A stretch of 64,000 nt of DNA from Nitrososphaeria archaeon (GTDB lineage Archaea; Thermoproteota; Nitrososphaeria; JACIWG01). The stretch is taken from assembly GCA_963752255.1 (NCBI GenBank), contig CAVVXT010000007.1:1-64000 (forward strand), read 5' to 3'. The notes beneath the pieces were generated by a model, which saw nothing but the letters and a program-made list of their open reading frames with translations, was not told the DNA's origin and searched no databases. The stretch's first letter is position 1, and each line of letters starts with the position of its first letter. This document shows, piece by piece, positions 50,451 to 60,358 of the stretch. Position numbers and translations under genes: made by a program.

Positions 50451-50526
50451 TGCTCCGGCCGGGATTTGAACCCGGGATCTTCGGCTCGAAAGGCCGGAAT
50501 GCTTGACCGGACTACACCACCGGAGC
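50451..50526 (-). tRNA. tRNA-Glu(TTC)
   Basis: GCTCCGG/CCGGAGC acceptor, loop CTTTCGA, TTCAAAT. Confidence 0.95.
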
Positions 50527-50636
50527 ACGTTTATCTGTGGAGTTTTTAATGTGTTTATATTGTTTTTGTTTTCGTTGACATTTCGATCGCGTTTACCTTA
50601 AAGTTATATAAATTACGTTTTATACGTCCTAGGCAA

Positions 50637-51008
50637 ATGGAAAAGATAGGGCATATCATTTGTCATGTTAAAATTTCAACAAACAATGTCGGACAATCAG
50701 GCAAGTTCTATAAAGAGGTATTTGGCTGGAAAATCGTCTGTGACCCGGCAAATTCGAACTATGCCACATTTGATCCGGGTTCGGGTGTTGGGGGAGGAAT
50801 TGTAAAGTCAAAGAACATTATTCCACCGCACACCGTTGTTTATGTTTTGACTGACGATATAGCGGAAACTTTAAAGAAGGTGGTAGAAAAAGGAGGAAAA
50901 ATTATTTTAGACAAAACGAAGTTAGGACAAAACGAAAAAAGAGGATGGTTTGCATTCTTCCCAGATCCCGATGGAAATCTGATCGGATTATTTGAACCTA
51001 AGCTGTAG
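50637..51008 (+). CDS. VOC (glyoxalase/bleomycin resistance) family protein
   Basis: FYKEVFGW, GGGI, FPDPDGNLIGL. Confidence 0.9.
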   Translation: MEKIGHIICHVKISTNNVGQSGKFYKEVFGWKIVCDPANSNYATFDPGSGVGGGIVKSKNIIPPHTVVYVLTDDIAETLKKVVEKGGKIILDKTKLGQNEKRGWFAFFPDPDGNLIGLFEPKL

Positions 51009-51382
51009 GTTCTGGACGGTAAAATTCTACCTTACACTTTGTTAGAAGGTTGTTTTTGAAGACGATATATAATATTTCTACTTGGGAGTAAAGTTTGATG
51101 TCGGCTGTAAACATGATTTTGGCTTTAGACCTATAAAATTGGCGCTGCCCATGTTAATGTTTCTTTTTTGGCTTATGCAGGACGGCAAGCCGCTAGTTCA
51201 CTTAATTAAAGCTATAGAAATTTAAATATTTGCTGAATAAAAGGAACTCATGAGGTAATAGAAGTCAAAACGAAAGCCTTTTAGATCGTCGAAAAGGGTC
51301 CTCAGTCTAACTGTGTGTATGGTTTGAAATAGTTACCCAAGATGAAAGTGCTTCATGTTCAAACTCTATTAAAGGTTACCTT

Positions 51383-51775
51383 TCACGTTACACATATTTT
51401 GCAGTCTGACGGCACGCCACTGACATTCCTGTGAATTTCACAGAGGAGACCCTTTCTCCTAAGTTCTTTACATAGGGCGCAGAAGTATTCCATGCTTTCA
51501 ACTGAGGGATTATTTGTGATTTCTTCCGCATAAGAGTGGGCATAGTGATCAATGACATCCAAATCAAAAAATGATCTGAACTTCTGGCTAAACCCCCTCT
51601 TTTGTCCCACATAGAGACTTACGGTTGCCTGTGAAATACTCAGCAGTTTCGCTACTTCGATCTGGGTTAAGCCTCTTTCATTTATCAGTATATTGACCAC
51701 CTTAGATCTAAAGACAGGTAATACATACTTGGAAGAAATTTCGCAAACGGGATGCATAATACCAAAATATAACAA
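51383..51775 (-). CDS. Archaeal HTH transcriptional regulator with Cys-rich C-terminus
   Basis: CEISSKYVLPVFR, GLTQIEVAKLLSISQATVSLY, CALC, CKIC. Confidence 0.85.
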   Translation of the reverse strand: MLYFGIMHPVCEISSKYVLPVFRSKVVNILINERGLTQIEVAKLLSISQATVSLYVGQKRGFSQKFRSFFDLDVIDHYAHSYAEEITNNPSVESMEYFCALCKELRRKGLLCEIHRNVSGVPSDCKICVT

Positions 51776-51878
51776 AGGTTAAATAAAGATATAAATGTTT
51801 TCTAAAATACCCTAGTCCGATAATAAAAAATAATTTAATAATTAAAGTTTTATATTTGACTATTAAGGGTGTGGATTC

Positions 51879-52301
51879 GTGCCGGACAAGGAATTGGACA
51901 AAATTATGGAGAAGAAGTACGGGGAAATGCTCAAAAATGAGCATAGCGCAGATGCTGATGTTGCAGTAACATCAGGAAAAATACTTTATCAAATAGGAGA
52001 CAGCGACTTTGATCAGTTTTTAAAAGCCAAAAAGGACATGGCTGTAGACTTCTATGCTGACTGGTGTGGTCCGTGCAAGATAATGTCTCCAATCTTCGAT
52101 GAAGTCGCAAATGAAATTTCCCCAAAGGTTTCGTTTGCAAAGGTCAACGTCGACGATAGTCCTAACACAGCGGAAAAGTTCTCTATAATGGGCGTACCAA
52201 CTGTTTTATACTTTAAGAGCGGTAGTCTAGTTGATAAAACCGTCGGAGCAATTCCAAAAAACGCCTTCAGGAACAAGATAAAAGAAATTTACGGAATCTA
52301 A
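51879..52301 (+). CDS. trxA: Thioredoxin
   Basis: DFYADWCGPCK, GVPT. Confidence 0.95.
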   Translation: MPDKELDKIMEKKYGEMLKNEHSADADVAVTSGKILYQIGDSDFDQFLKAKKDMAVDFYADWCGPCKIMSPIFDEVANEISPKVSFAKVNVDDSPNTAEKFSIMGVPTVLYFKSGSLVDKTVGAIPKNAFRNKIKEIYGI

Positions 52302-52341
52302 AAATCATTCTGTATTAACAGAATTATCTGTTTAAAAATTG

Positions 52342-53523
52342 TCATCCTTTTGAAAGCATAAACTCTAGACCCAAAATTTGATATACATCAGACAGAACTT
52401 CCAAATTCGAACCGTCTCTCATGGTTGTATCTGTCACTTTGAAAAACAAATTCAACGCATTACCTGTATCCATGTTGGAGTACAGTTCTTCAAAAAATTT
52501 GTTCTTTAAATCTAGAACCTCCTTTGACGGAGCAGAAACACCTCTATAATTGTGGAGACGTCTCTGCATGTCTCCTAAAATTTCCTTATACCTGAGCAGA
52601 TCTTCCATCTTAAAGTCGAGTTCTTCTTCTCTGCTCTTTGAGAGAAAATACGCTCTTAAAGCTTCAGGAGGACATTCACTTAGTATCTTGTCAGCGTAAA
52701 TAATGTTTCCCTCAGACTTCGACATCTTTTTACCTTCAATCAACAGAACACACGTGTGAACCCAATAAGGTACGTAAGGCGATGTATCTTCAACAGCTAT
52801 CCCCAAGCATTCTAGACAATCATGGTGGGGGTAAACGAGTTCAACGGCTCCACCGTGCAAATCGTGCGGGCCTTTGAAAACATCGTTAGCTATAACGACG
52901 TCTTGCAGATGCCACCCGGGCCTGCCCATGCCCCAGGGAGAGTCCCAATAGGGTTTTTCATCGCTTTTGAACCACAGGAGGAAATCAAGCGGCCCCTTTT
53001 TCCCATCATAGGAGTCAAGCCTGAGATCGTAAAGCCTTTCCCTGCTAAGACCGGAAACCAGTCCATGATCAACAATTTTATCATAGTCAAGGAAGATGTT
53101 ACTATTCAGTTGGTAGGCAAGTCCTTTAGAGATAAGTTTTTTCACAACGTCTATACTCATTTGGACGTATTCTGAAGCTCTTGGATAGTATGTGGGTGTT
53201 CGGATGTTCAGTTTAGATAAGGTCTTTAACGTCTTCCTGTAGAACTTATCAGATATTTCCTTATACGAGACGCCTTCTCTTCTTGCCTTTTTAAAGACGT
53301 CTTCGTCTACGTCTGTAAAGTTCAGGGCGAAATCAACCTTGTACCCTGAACGCCGTAGTGTTCTTGCGAGTACATCAAAAAAGACGAAAGTTCTAACATG
53401 TCCTAGGTGCAGCCCGTCGTACACTGTTGGACCACAGACCTGCATCTGAAGTCGATCGGCGTGCCTCGACCTGATTTCAACAATCGAATTAGTGTTTGTG
53501 GTGTAGATGCGCATGTACGCCAA
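52342..53523 (-). CDS. cysS: Cysteine--tRNA ligase (short, divergent)
   Basis: VCGPTVYD, HLGH, NFTDVD, SPWGMGRPGWH, KMSKS. Confidence 0.85.
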   Translation of the reverse strand: MAYMRIYTTNTNSIVEIRSRHADRLQMQVCGPTVYDGLHLGHVRTFVFFDVLARTLRRSGYKVDFALNFTDVDEDVFKKARREGVSYKEISDKFYRKTLKTLSKLNIRTPTYYPRASEYVQMSIDVVKKLISKGLAYQLNSNIFLDYDKIVDHGLVSGLSRERLYDLRLDSYDGKKGPLDFLLWFKSDEKPYWDSPWGMGRPGWHLQDVVIANDVFKGPHDLHGGAVELVYPHHDCLECLGIAVEDTSPYVPYWVHTCVLLIEGKKMSKSEGNIIYADKILSECPPEALRAYFLSKSREEELDFKMEDLLRYKEILGDMQRRLHNYRGVSAPSKEVLDLKNKFFEELYSNMDTGNALNLFFKVTDTTMRDGSNLEVLSDVYQILGLEFMLSKG

Positions 53524-53563
53524 AACTTAAATTTCCAATCCTATTTAAGTAGTACGCGATATA

Positions 53564-53860
53564 ATGAAAAAAGATGACAGATGCTACATATATTATATAC
53601 CTTGGGAAAGAGAGCTGCCAGAAAACGAACTGGAGAAGAAAGTCCTCACACTTGGACCAGATGAGGGAATAAGGATATCAGCTGAACTAAATGATGGAAG
53701 GATGGTAAAAATTTTTGTAAACAAAACTGGTCTTGAATATGTTATCACACTAACTTATGATAATGGAAAAGAGCACATATCCAGCTTCAAAAGTGGTATC
53801 GAAGCTTACAATGCACTATTTAAACAAATAAAGAGGATAAGAAATATCATTCTATACTAA
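53564..53860 (+). CDS. Hypothetical protein
   Basis: 98-aa ORF divergent from cysS. Confidence 0.65.
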   Translation: MKKDDRCYIYYIPWERELPENELEKKVLTLGPDEGIRISAELNDGRMVKIFVNKTGLEYVITLTYDNGKEHISSFKSGIEAYNALFKQIKRIRNIILY

Positions 53861-53892
53861 GCTAAGTCTACGGAAAAACGTTTCGATGGAGA

Positions 53893-54921
53893 TTAGTAAA
53901 ACAGCTCTTTTAATGCGCTAAGTATCGCAGGATCTAAGGTCTTCGTCTTTGAGGCTGATTCATCAATGCTTACAGAAACAATCTGAGTTCCTTTTAGTGC
54001 GACCATCATGCCAAACTTTTCTTCTTTTATTAGGTCGACAGCTGCGAGGCCGAAACGGCTCGAGAGGACCCTATCAAACGCTGTCGGCTGTCCACCTCTA
54101 ATAGTGTGACCAAGAGATGTAGCCCTAATTTCACCTCCGATTCTCTTCTCAAGTTCTTCAGCCAAGAATTGTCCTACTCCACCGAGTTTCACGTGACCGA
54201 AATCGTCAACTTTTCCGTCTCTGGCGAATGTTTTAGGCATGTTCTTCAAAATCGCACCTTCAGATACGACTATAAGAGCTGCCTTGTCCCCCTTCAGGCG
54301 TCTTTTCTTAATAAAGGATGCGATATCTTCTATATCGAACGGCTCTTCCGGAACTAGAGTTAAGTTAGCGCCTGCCGCTATCCCAGCGTATGCTGCGACC
54401 CATCCCGAATTGCGGCCCATTATTTCAGCGATCATTACGCGATCGTGGGATTCACCTGTCTGTAGAAGATTATCCAACGCATACATCGCTTCGTTAACTG
54501 CAGAATCGAAGCCAAACGTATAATCGGTAAAAGACAAATCATTATCCATCGTCTTAGGAACGCCGACAACCTTTAACCCCATTTTATAGAATCTTGCTGC
54601 AGCACCAAGAGTGTCGTCGCCGCCGATGGCAATAAGGCCGCCTAAGCCAAGTTTCTCCACATTATCCATCACCTTTTCAGGGCCTTCAGGATACTTGAAG
54701 GGATTAGTTCTAGTAGTTTTCAGTATGGTTCCACCCCACTTATGAATATTTGATATGTTTTTGAAGGAGAGGTCAATAGAATCTGGCTCAAGAAGACCCT
54801 TCCAGCCGTATCTAATTCCCACAGCCTCCCAACCGTATTCCTCCGCACGTTTAACAGCAGCCCTTATTACAGCATTTAAGCCAGCGCAGTCCCCACCGCC
54901 AGTAAGGAGACCTATCTTCAA
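53893..54921 (-). CDS. pfp: Family A phosphofructokinase, probably PPi-dependent
   Basis: TGGGDCAGLN, IGGDDT, PKTMDND, EIMGR, LGHTIRGG. Confidence 0.9.
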   Translation of the reverse strand: MKIGLLTGGGDCAGLNAVIRAAVKRAEEYGWEAVGIRYGWKGLLEPDSIDLSFKNISNIHKWGGTILKTTRTNPFKYPEGPEKVMDNVEKLGLGGLIAIGGDDTLGAAARFYKMGLKVVGVPKTMDNDLSFTDYTFGFDSAVNEAMYALDNLLQTGESHDRVMIAEIMGRNSGWVAAYAGIAAGANLTLVPEEPFDIEDIASFIKKRRLKGDKAALIVVSEGAILKNMPKTFARDGKVDDFGHVKLGGVGQFLAEELEKRIGGEIRATSLGHTIRGGQPTAFDRVLSSRFGLAAVDLIKEEKFGMMVALKGTQIVSVSIDESASKTKTLDPAILSALKELFY

Positions 54922-54934
54922 TGCAATTCGCCTT

Positions 54935-55711
54935 TTATCCTTTAACTATTTTTAATGCTTCCTCTAAACTCTTCCCTTCTATGACTAAGGCTCTTAAAGC
55001 ACCAGCCATTTTAAGAGGCTGATTATGTTGCCAAACATTTCTCCCCACCGCTACCCCATTGCCACCGGCATCTATGACCCCTTTAACATGCTGTAAGAAG
55101 ATCTCTTCAGTGGGAGCTTTTGGGCCGCCTGACATCAAGACCTTCGATTTCCCCGCGGCCTTAACAGCCCAGCTAAACGATGCAGGATCACCTGAGTACT
55201 TTATCTTCACAGCATCAGCCCCGAGCTCATGACCTATCCTCGCTGCGTAGGCAACTATTTCTTTGGTGGTATCATCCTTCACTGCTTCCCCTCTTGGATA
55301 AATCCAAACTACAACTGCCAGGTCGTGTTTCCGAGCTTCTTCCTGAATCTTCCCGAATTCTTGAATCATTAAGCTCTCATACATGCTGCCTGGGTATATG
55401 GTGTAGCCTACTGCTTTAGCGCCCAAACTTACGGCGTATTCGACAGAACAGTTTTGTCTAGCAATTGGATCACCTTTAACGATGTTTGTTTTACCATTTA
55501 CCTTCACAATCAGGGGAACTCTACCATTGTAGTAGTGCTCAGCTAATCCCTTTTGAAAAACGATACCGTTGAAATGCCCCTTTTCAGCAATCTCCATTAT
55601 GAAGCTGGGGTCTATGTTTTTTTGGTTAAAGTCTGTGGGACCGTGCTCTAAGCCTTGATCGTATGCGAGTATTATGGCTCTATCCTTTTCTAGGAACTTA
55701 TCAAAACCCAT
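54935..55711 (-). CDS. fba: Archaeal-type class I fructose-bisphosphate aldolase (DhnA family)
   Basis: AYDQGLEHGP, WIYPRG, ELGADAVKIKY, SGGPK, VGRNVWQ. Confidence 0.93.
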   Translation of the reverse strand: MGFDKFLEKDRAIILAYDQGLEHGPTDFNQKNIDPSFIMEIAEKGHFNGIVFQKGLAEHYYNGRVPLIVKVNGKTNIVKGDPIARQNCSVEYAVSLGAKAVGYTIYPGSMYESLMIQEFGKIQEEARKHDLAVVVWIYPRGEAVKDDTTKEIVAYAARIGHELGADAVKIKYSGDPASFSWAVKAAGKSKVLMSGGPKAPTEEIFLQHVKGVIDAGGNGVAVGRNVWQHNQPLKMAGALRALVIEGKSLEEALKIVKG

Positions 55712-55825
55712 AGTTATCTAAGCAAAGAGATAGAAAGCGATATATTAACTTTTAACATAAGCCTGTTTTAAAACTGACTTGAGACGTCAAAGATTTAAAT
55801 CATATCAAATAAAATAATGCAAAAA

Positions 55826-56965
55826 TCATTTTTTGAATAAGAGGACGCTCTCAAGGGCTGATCCAATCTTGCGTCTTTCGTGATCAGTAACCGTTCTCCT
55901 GTTAACGTACAGTATCTTTTCCACTTTGAATCCAACGCTTTTGGCCAGTTCTGATATATGTAAATGAACAGGAATGATCCTATCAGGGAAGACCCCTTCG
56001 CCAACGACCATGGCAACTTTCCCTCCGTCTTTCAGAACCCTAAACTGCTCCAGGAGAATCCTTTTAATATCCTTAAGATACGCTTTTCCAACAGCTGGAA
56101 TATCCAAGTCTGAGAAATCTGAGAAATCGCCGGTTACATCAAGCCCAATATAGGATCTGATAGCTTCAGATCTTGATTCTCCGAAGAAGAGCTCATTTTC
56201 CAGAGAATACACTTTCATGTAGTCTATTATGTTAAGATAGGGGGGAGAAGTGATAACGGCATCAAAAGCCGCATCATCAAGGAAATTGAGACTCCTAGCG
56301 TCTCCTTGGAAGACCTTAACCGATGCTCTCTCAGGACCGAACTTCTTTAGATCATTAAACATTCTCTTCACCGTCCTCTTAAACAGCGGCCTGAATGGAG
56401 GAACATTTTTAATCGGACGTATCTTTATATAAGATCCATCCTTGTAAGCGAATGAAACCTTCTCTGAAGATATCATAAGCGCCAGAGTGAAAAAGTTCCG
56501 AATCGTAGGATCTTCGATGCGCGCTATAATACCCTTGAAGAAGATAATATCCTCAAGCGCATATTTTGTAAACGAACGCTTCACCATTGAACTATAAGCA
56601 CTGACATCGGTGGGAACAAATTTGTTCGCAAAGATGTTTCTGGATATCACCTTCATTTTTTCTATGTCATAGTCCATAGTTTTGACTTGGGAGAGAAAGA
56701 TCGACAAAGGCATCACATCAACCCCTATAGAGTTTATTGCACGCTCCTTGCACGAAAGAAGGGTCGTCCCTGAACCACAAAAGGGGTCCAGAACCCATTT
56801 GCCGCCTTTGATCCTAAAGCGATCTAACATAAGAAAAACAAAATCTCGTGAGAAACCTTCTTTAAAATGGAACCAGTTATATATGGGATACCGTTTGTTT
56901 GGAACAAAGGTTATAAGCGGACCCCGATCAAAGTCTTCTTCGACTCTAAAATTACCCATCTGCAA
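55826..56965 (-). CDS. DNA methyltransferase (N4-cytosine type)
   Basis: WFHFKEGFS, LDPFCGSGTT, ITSPPY. Confidence 0.88.
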   Translation of the reverse strand: MQMGNFRVEEDFDRGPLITFVPNKRYPIYNWFHFKEGFSRDFVFLMLDRFRIKGGKWVLDPFCGSGTTLLSCKERAINSIGVDVMPLSIFLSQVKTMDYDIEKMKVISRNIFANKFVPTDVSAYSSMVKRSFTKYALEDIIFFKGIIARIEDPTIRNFFTLALMISSEKVSFAYKDGSYIKIRPIKNVPPFRPLFKRTVKRMFNDLKKFGPERASVKVFQGDARSLNFLDDAAFDAVITSPPYLNIIDYMKVYSLENELFFGESRSEAIRSYIGLDVTGDFSDFSDLDIPAVGKAYLKDIKRILLEQFRVLKDGGKVAMVVGEGVFPDRIIPVHLHISELAKSVGFKVEKILYVNRRTVTDHERRKIGSALESVLLFKK

Positions 56966-57312
56966 TCATCATTCGTCCTACGGGAGTGAATTTAACAATT
57001 GTGCACAGGCAGCCTCCGTTTACTATCCTTCTTCGCAATCCCTATTTTATTTTATAAGTGCTTGAATTCAAAGTCTATTACTTTCTTAACATAATTTCAC
57101 TATTTATCTAACTATGACAAATGACAAACCTCCTGCCTTCCAAAACCATATTAAATAAAAAATATGGCCCTCAATCTCAGAAAATCTATACCAATTTCCG
57201 CATATAGCGCTAAATATTTCACGTTTGAATACTAATTAATGAAGTGTTAGATGAATGAATATTCGTTATAGAAAGATTTAATATCTCTCCTATTATTTTT
57301 TATGGAGACTAT

Positions 57313-58326
57313 TTGAAGGCCATAATGATTGCTAAACCACATAAGATCGAAGTCGTTGACGTCGAAAGACCGATAATAAACGATACAGAGATATTGGTTA
57401 AGGTTAGGGCTGTAGGAATATGTGCTTCAGAAGTTCACGCATTCGAAGGAACACATCCCTGGAGAGTTCCTCCGGTAATTTCAGGCCATGAATTTTCAGG
57501 CTCAATAGTTGAAGTCGGAAAGGAGGTTAAAGGATTCAGTGCAGGGGATAGCGTTACAGCCTGCCCAATAGCAACATGCGACATATGTGAATACTGTCTA
57601 GCGGGAAGGGACAACATCTGCGATAATATCAGAATCCTTGGGACGCCAAAGTGGCCCGGTCCATTTGCTGAATATGTAAGAATACCTTATTCGATCGCCT
57701 ACAGGTTACCCTCTAGCCTGACCTTTGAGGAGGGAGCTCTCATAGAGCCTCTTACAGTAGGATTACATACTGTGAACAGATCTTCGATAAAGAATGGACA
57801 ATTTGTAGCCGTCTTAGGAGCTGGGGCAATAGGCCTCTGTACGTTAATTATAGCTAAACATTTGGAAATAGCGTCAATAATATCGGATATAGTTGATTTC
57901 AAACTAGATAAAGCAAAGAGTCTTGGAGCGGATTTTATTATTAACCCCAAAAGCGAGGAACTTTACAAAATCGTTAGAGATGCAACAAAGGGCAAAGGAG
58001 TTGATGTAGCGATAGACTGCGCCGGTGTATCTAAGAGTCTCACAGATTCATTGAGCCTTGTGAAGAAGGGTGGAACAGTCGTTGTGACCGCACTGTTTAA
58101 GAAGAGCGTGGAAATGGACCCGGGAACAATTACCACAAGGGAACTTGATGTTCGGGGAGCAATTTTATATACAAAGGCGGAGTTCAAGAAGGCTGTATCA
58201 GTAAGCGAGGGAGTTAGAACCGATCTAAGGCAGCTGATAACACATAGAATGCATTTTGAAGACGCAGAAGAAGCTTTTGGACTGATGCAAAGAGGGGAAG
58301 CAATCAGGATAATGTTGAGCCCATAG
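57313..58326 (+). CDS. Zinc-dependent alcohol dehydrogenase (sorbitol/threonine dehydrogenase-like)
   Basis: GICASE, GHEFSG, CDICEYC...C, GAGAIG. Confidence 0.93.
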   Translation: MKAIMIAKPHKIEVVDVERPIINDTEILVKVRAVGICASEVHAFEGTHPWRVPPVISGHEFSGSIVEVGKEVKGFSAGDSVTACPIATCDICEYCLAGRDNICDNIRILGTPKWPGPFAEYVRIPYSIAYRLPSSLTFEEGALIEPLTVGLHTVNRSSIKNGQFVAVLGAGAIGLCTLIIAKHLEIASIISDIVDFKLDKAKSLGADFIINPKSEELYKIVRDATKGKGVDVAIDCAGVSKSLTDSLSLVKKGGTVVVTALFKKSVEMDPGTITTRELDVRGAILYTKAEFKKAVSVSEGVRTDLRQLITHRMHFEDAEEAFGLMQRGEAIRIMLSP

Positions 58327-58695
58327 CGTGAAAAGATCTTGAACATTCCTTCTAAAACAGTGCTTAATCTCCTTTATTTCGACTCCATCTTAGAAATCAT
58401 CTTATACATTATTAGCTAATGCTTCTGGTTAAACTTGATGTTGGAGTTTATCTACCATTATTCCAGAATATACATATTATCGCCTAGACTTTCTCTCATT
58501 TTAGATTTTGTAAAATATTCCAGGTGCTAAAGAAAAATGTACAAGCTAAACTGTGTTTTTAGTAACCTTTGTCCACTTGATCTTTTATTAAAACCTCAAG
58601 CTCAGCGAAAAGGCTGAATGCGTGGGTATGGAATCGATAAAATTTAAATCAGTGTTTGCTACAGTCTAGTCGGATATTATCTGAGAGGCGCAATA

Positions 58696-58944
58696 GTGTT
58701 TCTTGTAGTCTTCTTCATTCTAGTCTTCGCTACTCTCGGATACGTTGAACTACCACCTGGAAGAATGATATACAACCTACTTAACGTCCCCGAAACAGAC
58801 TATTCTGTACTCGGAATTGAAGCGACAACTCTAGCTATTTCAGTGTTCAATGGGGTAGTTTATGGACTCATAGCCTGGTTAATCTATACTCTGGTAGCAG
58901 GAAGGGAGAAGAAGGACCAGACCACCAAGAAAAAGTCGAATTAG
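58696..58944 (+). CDS. Small membrane protein
   Basis: Two hydrophobic segments and a basic tail. Confidence 0.65.
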   Translation: MFLVVFFILVFATLGYVELPPGRMIYNLLNVPETDYSVLGIEATTLAISVFNGVVYGLIAWLIYTLVAGREKKDQTTKKKSN

Positions 58945-59336
58945 CCTTTTTTTACTATCATTATTTCTTCCAAATAGTAGGTTCACCATCACTGATTGTC
59001 TATAAGATTATATTCAAACTCTCTTAATGAATTTGCATAATCTTTATTTTGCAAAGTAAACACTCTTCATAACTCGAACATCATACTGAATGGCTCAGGT
59101 CTTCTTTATTCGAAATTCGATTACAACTACTCGGGAACTATGGTTCACAGTTCCTCCCAAGACTCGTTTAGCACGATGTCTCTAGTGACTATTCTCCTCT
59201 GTTGTTTCTTATCCAAAAAAGGTCAGAGGAACCTATTCTCTAATCCAGACTCACTAGCCTAAGCAGAAGTAAAGAGGGTGCTTTAAGGAAGATAAGGAAA
59301 CAAATTCAACCAACAGACATTTCCACACATAATAAG

Positions 59337-59353
59337 GTGCGGGGGTGGGATTC
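59337..59353 (-). repeat. Short direct repeat of tRNA-Leu(GAG) 3' end
   Basis: gtgcgggggtgggattc versus gtgcggggggtgggattc at 59850-59867. Confidence 0.7.
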
Positions 59354-59850
59354 CCTGACGCATATGTGGGTTCGAATTCCGCGAAGCCAGCCAAGTCGGG
59401 CGTAGAAAAACTAATTACATGCTTCGGCAGTTTCAGATTTTATGAGCGGAATCAAGCACCCCCAGATGTGCCCGCGACCGCCACCTTACTTCGTTGAAGA
59501 GCAACCCGCCTTACGAGGTACAATACTGCACCTGAGAAAATTGCTATAAATGCACCCTGGCTAAATTGTAGAGTATGCTTTCTTGGTCGTACAGATTCGA
59601 AAGGAGTCCAAACGCTATGAACAGGGCGGCCATCCACACAACAATTGCGACGTTCGGGTAGTCGGACCTGCTTCTGCGCCGTACCCCAACAGACGTAGCC
59701 TTGAAAGCATACTGGCATCTCTTAAGGCTTCGTATAGATTATGCCAGATTTATTAATATTTATTGGCTATATTACATATTTAGACATCAATTATTAGCAT
59801 AAATTTTAAGGTTCTTCAGGACATCCCATAATAATTCACTGGTAGATTAG

Positions 59851-59935
59851 TGCGGGGGGTGGGATTCGAACCCACGAACCCCTACAGGATAGACGCCTCA
59901 GGCCTACGCCTTTGACCTGGCTTGGCAACCCCCGC
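59851..59935 (-). tRNA. tRNA-Leu(GAG)
   Basis: GCGGGGG/CCCCCGC, TAGGC-CTGAGGC-GTCTA, long variable arm. Confidence 0.95.
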
Positions 59936-59974
59936 TTGTGGCTTATGGTTGCGTTTGGTTGCTCTTAATTTTTT

Positions 59975-60357
59975 TGCGTTTGGGTAGTCTTCCTTGAAAA
60001 TAACAGAAGTATTTGGATTAGCCAACCTTGAAGCCACCGACCCAACGTAATTTACTGCTTCCTTAGTTACCTTTTTCGTCTCAACCGCGTCTGCGGGGGA
60101 GATGATGACTAAATTAGGTATAACCCTTAGGACGACAATATCTTCGATTATCTGATGCGACCCTCCCATAAAGGTCCAAAGCGTACTTGAATTGTAGAGG
60201 ACAATCTTTACATTAGATTTATCAAAAACTAAATTTTTCCTTATCTGGTTATATGCTTACCTAAAGCAAATATGCGATGACAATGTGTTAAGGGAATCTT
60301 TCCACCAGCGGCAAGGCCTGCAGCTACCGTTATCATATTTGCTTCCGCAATTTCAAA
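59975..60357 (-). pseudogene. Transketolase C-terminal subunit remnant
   Basis: EIAEANMITVAAGLAAGGKIP, YNQIR and GGSHQIIEDIVVLRVIPNLVIISPADAVETKK in broken frames. Confidence 0.85.
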
Positions 60358-60358
60358 G

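Larger units (their letters stand above)
38270..50473. mobile_element. Genomic island integrated at tRNA-Glu
   Basis: 24-bp direct repeat gtgctccggccgggattt(a/g)aaccc at 38270-38293 and 50450-50473; AT-rich interior with transposon and pseudogenes. Confidence 0.8.

Noticed and set aside
38270-50473. Casposon or provirus identity for the island
   Set aside because: No Cas1-like, family B polymerase, capsid or packaging genes recognised.
59452-59718. 88-aa ORF
   Set aside because: No motif or coding-like composition; lies in a decayed region.
59882-60169. Intact 95-aa CDS
   Set aside because: Part of the transketolase pseudogene reading on into tRNA-Leu.
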